A stretch of DNA of 58,072 bases, from assembly GCA_964524105.1 (NCBI GenBank), contig CAZGBX010000005.1, positions 3,772 to 61,843 on the forward strand, in the 5' to 3' direction. Positions 37,232 to 46,200 of the stretch are shown here, piece by piece. The translations under genes were made by a program, and so were the position numbers. Each line of letters begins with the position of its first letter. Within the stretch, counting starts at the first letter, position 1. The notes beneath the pieces are model-generated. The model was not told the DNA's origin. It ran no database searches and worked only from the letters and a program-made list of their open reading frames with translations. The stretch comes from Candidatus Woesearchaeota archaeon (GTDB lineage: Archaea > Nanobdellota > Nanobdellia > SCGC-AAA011-G17 > GW2011-AR18).

Positions 37232-37771
37232 CTAAGGTCTTTTCCAAGCAACTTCATAATAAGTCACTTCTCCCTCAGCATCTGCAATACCCAACAATAG
37301 CCTCTTTCTTGTAGAATGAGCCACCCTATTCTTAGCAGCAAACTCAAACCAAGTTAAAGAATTCCCTTCTGAGACTGGAAAAACAACCCACTTAGCATGA
37401 TCATCACCAGGCTTAACACCCCTATCATAAACTCTAAAATCAGCTCCAAACTTCAGTGCAGTCTTAACAATGTACCCCCTTCTCCTCAAATCAGAGAAAA
37501 CTAAATACCTTGTCCAAAAGTTCTTCTCAACCCTGGAAGCTTTCTTAACATAATCATTAAAACTTAACTTTTTTCCCCTTCCATCTACAACCACAAACCT
37601 TTTTCTCTCTAACAAATGCAAGGCTTCTAACAAAGCATACTGAAACTTCTTTCCTCTGATAGGTTCTCCAAACCTTGTCTTATCATAGAGCTCTCTAGTA
37701 ATATCATTGGAATCTCCTAACACTTGACTACCTACAAACCTTACTTCTGTAGTCTCTTCTTTCTTTACCAT
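37232..37771 (-). CDS. endA: tRNA-splicing endonuclease (single-unit, alpha-type size)
   Basis: 179 aa. YLVFSDLRRRGYIVKTALKFGADFRVYDRG...HAKWVVFPV catalytic domain. Confidence 0.9.
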   Translation of the reverse strand: MVKKEETTEVRFVGSQVLGDSNDITRELYDKTRFGEPIRGKKFQYALLEALHLLERKRFVVVDGRGKKLSFNDYVKKASRVEKNFWTRYLVFSDLRRRGYIVKTALKFGADFRVYDRGVKPGDDHAKWVVFPVSEGNSLTWFEFAAKNRVAHSTRKRLLLGIADAEGEVTYYEVAWKRP

Positions 37772-37793
37772 AGTTTCAAACTACATACAAAAG

Positions 37794-37801
37794 TATTTAA
37801 A
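37794..37801. promoter_or_regulatory. Shared TATA box (TATTTAAA / TTTAAATA) for divergent endA and rnz
   Basis: Lies 23 nt from the endA ATG (37771) and 23 nt from the rnz ATG (37824). Confidence 0.5.
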
Positions 37802-37823
37802 ATATCCTCTATAATATATATTC

Positions 37824-38711
37824 ATGTTTTCAATAACATTTTTAGGAACAGCATGTATGGCACCGACTAAAAGTCGGAATGTCTCAAGCATTTTACTTAA
37901 TTACAAGTCTGATGCTATTCTAATTGATTGTGGTGAAGGTACTCAAAGACAGATCAAGGTTGCTAAACTAAAACCTAATAAAATTAGTAAAGTTTTGATT
38001 ACTCACTGGCACGGAGATCACGTTTTAGGTTTAGGGGGATTAATTAGGACATTAGGGTCCAACGCTTATTCAAAAGACTTGGAAATTTACGGCCCAAAAG
38101 GAAGTAAGAAATATTTTAAAAACTTGATGAACTCTTGTATCTTTCATGAAAAAATTACAACTAAAGTTAAAGAGTTAAAGAAAGGAATTTTCTTTGAGAA
38201 CGATAAGTACAAACTAGAATGTATCTCCTTGAAACATTCATCCCCTTGTCTAGGGTTTTCCTTCACTGAAAAAGATAAAAGAAAAATCAAAGTTAATTAC
38301 ACTAAGAAGTTTGGTTTAACTCAACACCCTTTACTTGGAGACTTACAAAAAGGAAAAGACATTACTTACGAAGGAAAGAAAATCAAAGTAAAAGACGCTA
38401 CAGAGTTAATCAAAGGAAAGAAAATCACTTTTATTATAGACACCACAGAATGTAAAGAAGCTATTACATTAGCCAAGGACTCAGACTTACTAATTTGCGA
38501 AGCAAGTTTCATTGAAAAAGAAAAAGATCAAGCAAAGAAATCAAAACACCTTACAGTAAAACAAGCAGTAAATATTGCAAAGAAAGCTAAAGTAAAAGAA
38601 CTAATCTTAACACACGTTTCTCAAAGATACAAAACAGATAAAGAGTTACTAAAAGAAGCTAACTTCAAGAAAGTTAAAGTTGCAAAAGACTTTATGAAAA
38701 TAGAATTCTAA
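37824..38711 (+). CDS. rnz: Ribonuclease Z (tRNA 3' endonuclease)
   Basis: Metallo-beta-lactamase motif ITHWHGDH. N-terminal FLGTACMAPTKSRN. C-terminal LTHVSQRY. Confidence 0.9.
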   Translation: MFSITFLGTACMAPTKSRNVSSILLNYKSDAILIDCGEGTQRQIKVAKLKPNKISKVLITHWHGDHVLGLGGLIRTLGSNAYSKDLEIYGPKGSKKYFKNLMNSCIFHEKITTKVKELKKGIFFENDKYKLECISLKHSSPCLGFSFTEKDKRKIKVNYTKKFGLTQHPLLGDLQKGKDITYEGKKIKVKDATELIKGKKITFIIDTTECKEAITLAKDSDLLICEASFIEKEKDQAKKSKHLTVKQAVNIAKKAKVKELILTHVSQRYKTDKELLKEANFKKVKVAKDFMKIEF

Positions 38712-39517
38712 CGTTTGTAAGCAAACATCAAGTACAACATAACTAACACCTCAGCAATTGCAGTAACAATCACACCAAGAATTACCCCAATCAAGAACAA
38801 AGTTGGAACACCAGTCAATGACAATGAACCAAAGATCTCTGTAACTAATCTCCCAGCTATACCAATTACTGCAGTCATAAGCAGAGTAAGTACTACATGC
38901 CATTTATTCTTAACAAAGAAGTTCCAAGACAACTTCAGAGTATCTACCACACCTTTCTCCTTAACAACTAAGATAGGCATCATAAATGCCACCCCAAGAC
39001 CTAAAGCAATCAACCCCACAAACGCAATTAAGAAACCTAGGACCATCAAAGCTATATTCTGAATAGCTATCCCAATAAATGCTAAGATCAAAAGCGCAAT
39101 AGCAATTAAAAACATTAAAATCAAAATCCCAACTAATCTCCAAAAGTATTTTCCAGAAGATAAAAAATAATCCCACAAACCTTTCTTGAGTTTCTTACTA
39201 TACACAGCATCCCTACACATTACTGCTTTCATTGCTGCCAACCAAGTACTAATAACTAACAAAACAAAAACTCCAATTAAAATAGTAGAAACAAATTGCA
39301 CCAAATTATCTTCAAAGTATTCTGTAAAGTAACTTACCATTGCTTCTTCATTGCCACCAATAAGAATCATAGATCCTGCAATTCCAAAAAGAACTAATAC
39401 AAAAATAATACCTAATGCACCTTTAATTAATCCTGGCACAGCCAAAGTCCAGTTCTTCTTAAACAAATTAAAAGAATCAACTAATTTTTGTGCATAATCA
39501 AATTTCTTCTTTGCCAT
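38708..39517 (-). CDS. Polytopic membrane protein, function unknown
   Basis: 269 aa with ~6 TM segments. 4-nt convergent overlap with rnz. Confidence 0.6.
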   Translation of the reverse strand: MAKKKFDYAQKLVDSFNLFKKNWTLAVPGLIKGALGIIFVLVLFGIAGSMILIGGNEEAMVSYFTEYFEDNLVQFVSTILIGVFVLLVISTWLAAMKAVMCRDAVYSKKLKKGLWDYFLSSGKYFWRLVGILILMFLIAIALLILAFIGIAIQNIALMVLGFLIAFVGLIALGLGVAFMMPILVVKEKGVVDTLKLSWNFFVKNKWHVVLTLLMTAVIGIAGRLVTEIFGSLSLTGVPTLFLIGVILGVIVTAIAEVLVMLYLMFAYKR

Positions 39518-39551
39518 TCAAGAATTAAGAAATATCCAGAGTATTTAAAGT

Positions 39552-39785
39552 TTATTCCTCTGCTTCTACTAACCTTCTTCTACGCTCATCACGAAAAGCT
39601 TCTATGTCTTTGTAAAGTATAAAAGCAGCTACAGCACTTGTAACCAAAACACCAGGATTATCTAATCCCCCCACAAAATTATCATAAAAAACTCCTGGCT
39701 CTCTAGTTGCCCCGGTAGCTGCAAAAACCATATCCATTCCAGTATACAAAGCTAAATATCGCCCAACATCTCCTAAACTTACCAT
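39552..39785 (-). CDS. Small hydrophobic protein with Arg-rich C-terminus, co-transcribed with tfb
   Basis: The ATG at 39785 lies 1 nt after the tfb stop, with GAGGA upstream. The 77-aa product MVSLGDVGRYLALYTG... is weakly similar to the ORF at 10578-10850. The ORF track extends to 39833. Confidence 0.5.
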   Translation of the reverse strand: MVSLGDVGRYLALYTGMDMVFAATGATREPGVFYDNFVGGLDNPGVLVTSAVAAFILYKDIEAFRDERRRRLVEAEE

Positions 39786-39786
39786 T

Positions 39787-40707
39787 TTATTCCTCATCCA
39801 CCAACTTCTTCTTAATCTTATCTTTAAGGTCAAGTTCTTTTAACAATTCCTTATACCTATTTCTGATTGTAACTTCAGTAACACCTGCAACATCCGCAAC
39901 TTCTCTTTGTGTTCTTTTCTCATTATTCATAAGAGCAGCAACATACAATGAAGCAGCAGCAATTCCAGTTGGTCCTCTACCAGAAGTTAACTCAGCGTCT
40001 CTAGCTTTTTGTAAAATATCAACAGCCTTAGATTGTGTCTCAGCACTTAACTTCAAAGCACTAACAAACCTTGGCAAATAATCAACAGGATTAGATGGTA
40101 AAATTCTAATTCCTAATTCTCTTGTAATAAATCTATATGTTCTTCCAACTTCTTTCTTATCAATTCCAGAAGCTTCAGAAAGTTCATCTAATGTTCTTGG
40201 TACCTCATGTCTTCTACAAGAAGCATATAATGCACCTGCAACAACAGACTCCATACTTCTACCCCTTACAAGTCCTTTTTGTACAGCCATAGTATAAATT
40301 CTAGCAGCTTCTTCTTCAACAGACTTAGGTAATTTCAAATATGAACTAACTCTTTTAAGTTCAGCTAAAGCTAATTTAAGATTTCTTTCAATTGCAGTAG
40401 AAATTCTATGTTGCCATTTCCTTAACCTAAAGAATTTATTCTTTCCTTTTGATCCTAACTGGTATAAGTCACCTTTAGCACCAACATCAGTAGATAATCC
40501 TTGATCATACTTAGTATAAGTCATTGGAGCACCTGTTCTTCGCTTCTTAGAAGCATCAGAATCATCAAACTCTCTCCATTCTTGACCAAAGTCAATCATT
40601 TTCTCTTCAATAACTAAACCACAGTCTCTACAAACAGCCTCACCTTTATCTTTTTGAACATGTAAATTAGAACCGCCACACTCAGGGCATTTTCTCATCT
40701 GTCTCAT
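39787..40707 (-). CDS. tfb: Transcription initiation factor IIB (TFB)
   Basis: Zn ribbon CPECGG...CRDCG followed by two cyclin-fold repeats. The long ORF begins at GTG 40731; the ATGs at 40707 or 40698 are more plausible starts. Confidence 0.95.
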   Translation of the reverse strand: MRQMRKCPECGGSNLHVQKDKGEAVCRDCGLVIEEKMIDFGQEWREFDDSDASKKRRTGAPMTYTKYDQGLSTDVGAKGDLYQLGSKGKNKFFRLRKWQHRISTAIERNLKLALAELKRVSSYLKLPKSVEEEAARIYTMAVQKGLVRGRSMESVVAGALYASCRRHEVPRTLDELSEASGIDKKEVGRTYRFITRELGIRILPSNPVDYLPRFVSALKLSAETQSKAVDILQKARDAELTSGRGPTGIAAASLYVAALMNNEKRTQREVADVAGVTEVTIRNRYKELLKELDLKDKIKKKLVDEE

Positions 40708-40848
40708 TTTGTAACCACCAGCCAGCCTCACAAAAAAGCTTATATATGGTTAACCAACTTTCTTTATAAAGGTTGTGATTACAAGAATTAAGCCGTAATT
40801 ATACGAGATTCTAATAGAATCATCTAAGAATTCCATAATGGAAAGGCC

Positions 40849-41016
40849 TTAACGCTTAGATTGCCAAGCAAACTTCTTAATCTTAGCTGTCTTGCCAAAC
40901 CCACAAGAAGCACAAATTGACTTAATTTTATGGTAACTAGTCTTTCCACACCGTCTACAAGGTATACAGTTTCTCTTCCCCGACTTCTTACCCATAGAGG
41001 GTGTTCCTTTTACCAT
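40849..41016 (-). CDS. rpl37e: 50S ribosomal protein L37e
   Basis: Manual translation gives [55 protein letters not shown], a C4 zinc ribbon. Lies immediately downstream of LSm, as in other archaea. Below the ORF-track cutoff. Confidence 0.85.
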   Translation of the reverse strand: MVKGTPSMGKKSGKRNCIPCRRCGKTSYHKIKSICASCGFGKTAKIKKFAWQSKR

Positions 41017-41018
41017 TT

Positions 41019-41246
41019 TTAATCAACAGCAATAAACAGAATCGTATCGCCCCTAATAAATGTAGTTCCTAATTTTCTCTTCAGTTCACCTTCAACTTTT
41101 TCTTCGCATTCTTCAAGAACAGTATTAATATGTATGTCAAAAGACTTTAACTTACCAACATATTGCCTTCCGTTCTTTAGCTCTACAAGCACGTTTTTAC
41201 CCCGTACTGCATTCAAAGTATCTAGTGGTCTTAATGGTTCTGCCAT
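41019..41246 (-). CDS. Sm-like archaeal protein (LSm/SmAP)
   Basis: Sm1/Sm2 motifs: [28 protein letters not shown]...[10 protein letters not shown]. Confidence 0.9.
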   Translation of the reverse strand: MAEPLRPLDTLNAVRGKNVLVELKNGRQYVGKLKSFDIHINTVLEECEEKVEGELKRKLGTTFIRGDTILFIAVD

Positions 41247-41268
41247 GAAATTTCAACTAATCACGATA

Positions 41269-41276
41269 TTATTTAA
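41269..41276 (-). promoter_or_regulatory. TATA box (TTAAATAA on the minus strand) for the LSm-L37e operon
   Basis: Its 3' end is 23 nt upstream of the ATG at 41246. Confidence 0.4.
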
Positions 41277-41346
41277 GCTTTACTGAACTAATAGAACACA
41301 GATAACTCACCAAAAAACTTATAAAACAAACCTTCACCCTAATCCC

Positions 41347-41724
41347 ATGGCAAGATCACAAGAAAGATCCAGAAGAAAACCTTCAGGTGGAAGGTATAAA
41401 AGATTAACTAAAGTTCTAAAACAACTAGCTGGAATCCCAACTTTAACTAAGATTGAAAAGCTAAGAATCAAAGAAAAAAAAGCACATGGTGGAAATACAA
41501 AGAAATGCTTACTTGGAGCTAACATTATCAACGTCCAAGACCCTAAAACAAAGAAGTTTAAGAAAGCAGAAGCAATCAAAGTTCTAGAAAACCCTGCTAA
41601 TAGACACTACGTAAGAAGAAACATTCTAACTAAAGGAACAATAGTTGAAACTTCACTAGGTAAAGTTAAGATTACATCAAGACCTGGACAAGAAGGATCC
41701 ATGAATGGAATCATTATCAAATAA
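41347..41724 (+). CDS. rps8e: 30S ribosomal protein S8e
   Basis: RSRRKPSGGRYK...ENPANRHYVRRNILTKGTIVET..GKVKITSRPGQEG. Confidence 0.9.
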   Translation: MARSQERSRRKPSGGRYKRLTKVLKQLAGIPTLTKIEKLRIKEKKAHGGNTKKCLLGANIINVQDPKTKKFKKAEAIKVLENPANRHYVRRNILTKGTIVETSLGKVKITSRPGQEGSMNGIIIK

Positions 41725-41835
41725 TTTCTAATTTTCAAAAACAACAAAATAAAGCCACCCTTTAAAAGTATACACTAGTGATAAGCACAAGGTTTATATA
41801 TTACTGTATACCACTATAATACAGGGAGCTAGAAA

Positions 41836-42057
41836 ATGTCTAAATTAGAAAAAACAATAAAAAAAATTGAAATGATATTAAAAATAGAAAACACAGGATT
41901 AACAATTCAAGAACTAGCAGAAAAAACTGGTGTATCAAGAATTACAGCAGCCTTAGCTTTACAACAACTTGTAGGTGGAAAAAAAGTCCACGCAAGAAGC
42001 ATAGGAAACTGTAAACTTCATTACTGGGAGAAAAGAAAGAAACCCAGGAAACACTAA
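41836..42057 (+). CDS. Small winged-helix DNA-binding protein
   Basis: 73 aa. LTIQELAEKTGVSRITAALALQQLVGGKKV. TTTATATA at 41793-41800. Confidence 0.55.
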   Translation: MSKLEKTIKKIEMILKIENTGLTIQELAEKTGVSRITAALALQQLVGGKKVHARSIGNCKLHYWEKRKKPRKH

Positions 42058-42113
42058 GTTAGGTCTATGTAAAATTAGATGTATTTAATTGGCCTAGCAG
42101 GAGCTATAAAAAA

Positions 42114-42365
42114 ATGAAAATACTTGCAATAGGTGTTATATTCATACTAGTAGGCCTTGCTTACGCCTCAGTTTTTGAAGTAAATGGACATATCATAAGA
42201 GATTATATAGTGATAGAAAAGGGGATAGACTACGAAGATACAGAGGCTTCAATCATCCACAGCTGTAACCTAAGTAACGGAAAATGTCTAAAAGTAAAAT
42301 GCATAGAAAACAGAAAAGACCCAGAGAGAGAGACATCCCTTGTTAAGTGTACTAGACTGAGGTAA
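42114..42365 (+). CDS. Small N-terminally anchored or secreted protein
   Basis: 83 aa with hydrophobic N-terminus MKILAIGVIFILVGLAYA and four Cys residues. Confidence 0.45.
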   Translation: MKILAIGVIFILVGLAYASVFEVNGHIIRDYIVIEKGIDYEDTEASIIHSCNLSNGKCLKVKCIENRKDPERETSLVKCTRLR

Positions 42366-42424
42366 GGCCAGCTAGTATAATCAAAAAATATAAAAAGGTC
42401 CGCCCTGGCTTATGTTTTATATAA

Positions 42425-42508
42425 GTGGGAGTGCCGGAGCGGTCAAACGGGCTGGGCTTAGGACCCAGTGGCTTAGTGCCTACGCAGGTTCGAACCCTGT
42501 CTCCCACA
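42425..42508 (+). tRNA. tRNA-Leu(UAG), class II, no intron
   Basis: Acceptor GTGGGAG/CTCCCAC. D arm CCG-GAGCGGTCAAA-CGG. Anticodon arm CTGGG-CTTAGGA-CCCAG. Long variable arm. T arm GCAGG-TTCGAAC-CCTGT. Discriminator A. Confidence 0.9.
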
Positions 42509-42512
42509 AGTT

Positions 42513-43238
42513 CTACTTCAACACTTTAAACAACTTCATTCTAAGAAGATTAGTTAAAACAACAAAAACTAAAGAAAGAATTATTAGAATAATCAAAGAA
42601 ACACTTAGAACAATAAACACATAGATCAAACCAACTAATAACACTAATAAAAAGGAACAAATCAAAAACAATACAAACCAATGCCAAGTCCTCCTTAACT
42701 TATTCAAACCATGAACAAAAACATTTCTTAAATTATAACTTCTACAAAAAGCCACAAAATTAAAGTACAAAACAATTGAAACTAAAACAGAAACTAAAAG
42801 TAAAATCCAACCATTCACCCACCCAACACCAAAAGAGAAGTAAGATAAGAAATCTAAAAAAGCTAAAACAAAAATTAAGAAAGCAAAAGCATTAACTAGG
42901 TTCAACAAAGCAATCCTTTTCCAACTAACATTTCTTAATTCTTTCCAAGCTAAACCTTCAAAAATTAAAAACAATAAATAAATACCTAAAGGCAAAACAA
43001 TCATGTACAAACCTAAAGCATAATAAGATAACCTTGAAGCACTATCAATTACAGCAGTATTAACTTCAGCAGTTAAGTTACTAGCAATTAATTCTTGTTG
43101 TATTTGATTAAGTTCAGGAAGATAACTTTTCAAATCCACTAACATCTTTTCTGCAGTAATTCGAACAACATAAACTAATCCAACTAACAAACCAATTAAA
43201 ACAATTCCAAACAGATTAAGTCTAATATGCTTTTTCAT
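42513..43238 (-). CDS. Polytopic membrane protein, last gene of the giant-protein operon
   Basis: 241 aa with ~6 TM segments. ATGA overlap with the 1609-aa gene. Confidence 0.7.
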   Translation of the reverse strand: MKKHIRLNLFGIVLIGLLVGLVYVVRITAEKMLVDLKSYLPELNQIQQELIASNLTAEVNTAVIDSASRLSYYALGLYMIVLPLGIYLLFLIFEGLAWKELRNVSWKRIALLNLVNAFAFLIFVLAFLDFLSYFSFGVGWVNGWILLLVSVLVSIVLYFNFVAFCRSYNLRNVFVHGLNKLRRTWHWFVLFLICSFLLVLLVGLIYVFIVLSVSLIILIILSLVFVVLTNLLRMKLFKVLK

Positions 43239-46200
43239 TGTATCATTTTAATGTAAACAGGATTTCTATCAGCCCCATGAATTGCAGGATCTCCAAAATC
43301 AGAATAGATTTCATAAATCCCATGAGGAGTATCATAACTAAAAGTCTCCATAGGTTCAACATCCACCCTTTGATGAATCCATGGCAATCCAGGTTGAACT
43401 TTAATACGTGTAAAAACAAGCATATTTGCACCTACATTATTACCAGAATAAAGAAGATAATCCCCTGGGTCAGCAGCACCCCAATTATTAACATGGCCTA
43501 CAAAACTAACAACACCAGCCAATTTAACAGCATCCCCAACCTCCATTTGAAACTCACGTAAATCAGGGTCACCATCATCAAAACCTTCAGGTGCAAAATC
43601 CATCTCTTCAACATCAGCACCTGTATCCGCAGGTGGAACAACAGGTTCAGGAGCACTAGCAAAATCTCTTAAAGGTATCCTCCCTTCACTAGGAGGTCTT
43701 CCACTTAACCAAGCCAAAGAAATACGTCCAAGAGTTACATGATCCACCGTCACAGGAACATAATTTACTCTATTACCCAAATAATGTTGTTGAGTAAAGT
43801 CCTTATTACCAAATTCTCTTGTAATAAACCTAACAGCGTTTTCAGTTGGTAAAGCAGCAGCACCAGTCCTTCCTGGAGGCAAGACCAACAAGTTCAATTC
43901 ATACCCAAAATTCTTACTAACTAACTTATCCCATACTAATTGTGTTGCACCATAATAATCAGAATCTGAAAAAGTTATCTTATGTGGATTAATCCTATTT
44001 AAATCACCACTTTGAGCAGCCCACCAAAGAACAGCACCACCAGCACTATGTCCAGTCATAGAAATAAAAGAACTCTGATCTTGAATCATTCCAAATTTCT
44101 GAGCAAGAATAACCTTTACTTCACTCTGTAATTCAAGAAGATCTATTCCTTCATCATCATTCTTCCGAAGTAATGTTTTTTGCCTCGAAAGGGCCCTCCT
44201 AGGTTCTTTATTAGTTCCAGCAGACCAAGGAAGCTCAGGGAAAACTAAAACAAAATTTCTATTTTGATTATTAACCATATACTCTATTTGAGGAGCTAAC
44301 CTTTCTTCCATATCAACATCAAACCCGTAAATCCCATGGAAAAAGTACATAATTTCAAAAGGTTGATTCAAATTAGTTTCTTGAGGAACAAAAATAATTG
44401 TTTCTCTCCCTTCCGCAGGCATATTAAAGTTATCACCAGGCCCATTAGATTCCAATTTACCAATCCAAGTCCTCCCTGTAACACCCTTAGAATCTAAAGC
44501 GCTAAGCCATTTCACTTTAGTAGCTTCCAAAGCATTACCCTCAGCAACAATAATCCAAGGTTCAGAATCTCCTCCAGTTAATATTGAAGTTGGATCTGGT
44601 CCACCAGTAGAGCCAGGACCAGGATCAGTACCATCATCCACATCAAAAACATAGTCAGCATCTGCATCATCAAAAGGACCACTAGTAGAAGTTCCAGAAA
44701 GACCACCTTCAAATTCACTAACATGAACTTCTTGTTCTTCACCAAGATTCACAACAAAACTATTCCCAAAAGACCTTGCCCTAAAACTCCTAAACGTAAC
44801 TTGATCACCATCTCTTTCAAGAACAATTTTATATATTTTATTTTCAGCAACACCTAATTCTTGTTTAGTTCCAGAAACTAACTTCTCATCATCAACTCTA
44901 AAAGCATAAAACTTATACACTTCACTTTCATAAGTCAATAATATATACCATCCATCATCATCAATCTCTCCAAATTTAACATCACCAATTTTCTTAAACC
45001 TTGTACTATAAGTTTTTTCATCATCAACGTTTCCTAAGTTCTCAGGAATACTAAATATAAAATCTCCTGAACCAGCAGGCTTATCAACTTCAATAACCCA
45101 AGCATCTTTCTTCCTTATACATTTTCCTTCACGACCAAAAGCTTTATTGAAGAATTTATCTGACTTAATAGGTTTCCAAACACAACTATTACCAATCTTC
45201 CCACTAATATAATCACAAGCGCTCCTAGAACAAGTTTTTCCACCTGACTGACAAGAACTACAAGTCACAGCTTCTTTAACTCCAAACGCCCCAGGTTTAG
45301 TAATATCCCACTTATCTAACTCAACAGGATACTTAACTACATCATCACCAAACCCGTGATTAAAATCCCTATTCACATTCCCATAAACACACCTACCTAA
45401 CCCAAGAGACTTCTTCCAATCAGAACCACCAAACACATAATGCCAATATTCACCAAGCCAATTTATCCAACCATGATCACACATCATCCTCCTATACTTA
45501 TTTTGCTCATCAATATCAGTCTTCACTTTCCCCAATTTTTTAGCAGGTTGAACATCAATCGCATAACCTTGTGGATGTAAACAATGTTTGTAACTCTTAA
45601 GATCTTCAATCTTATCTTTATACTTACTACCTTCTGTAGTTTTCAACCAAGATTTAACTGCAGTCAGCCTTGCACTCTTAGAAGAATTTGATAATCCTGG
45701 AGTTGAAGAGATATATGCAGAAACCTTCCTTCTAATACTTCCACGAGAAACACTAAATTTAGGTCCACAAGCAGTATCCCCACCACCAAGGTAACGCATA
45801 AATGCTCTTGATTGAGTTTTCTCACTTCTTCCAGCACTAATAACCTTCAAAGAACCATAACCATTAACCTCAAGATTATCAATAAAATCTTTGTCAATCT
45901 TCATACTATCTAACTTAGCTTTAACATGCGGCAACATACAACACTTCCCCTTATAAGTACTACACCGAATATACTTATTTCCTTTAAAGTTAACAAAGTT
46001 TCCAGGGAACCCTTTACAATCTCCACTAGTTTGAATATTATCAAAGTCAGGTTCTTCAAACTCAATAGGAGAAGTCACTGGCTCACCATCCTCATCATAC
46101 TCTTGTTCAGGTTCAGGCTCAGGTTCTCTTTCAATAGGCACTCTCCTAATTGTCTTCTCTTCAATCAAACTCACAGTACCTTCATGTATCCTTCTAAGTT

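Noticed and set aside
42412-42624. The 70-aa plus-strand ORF.
   Set aside because: It is built on the tRNA-Leu sequence and on the antisense of the operon's membrane-protein gene, so it is not credible as coding.
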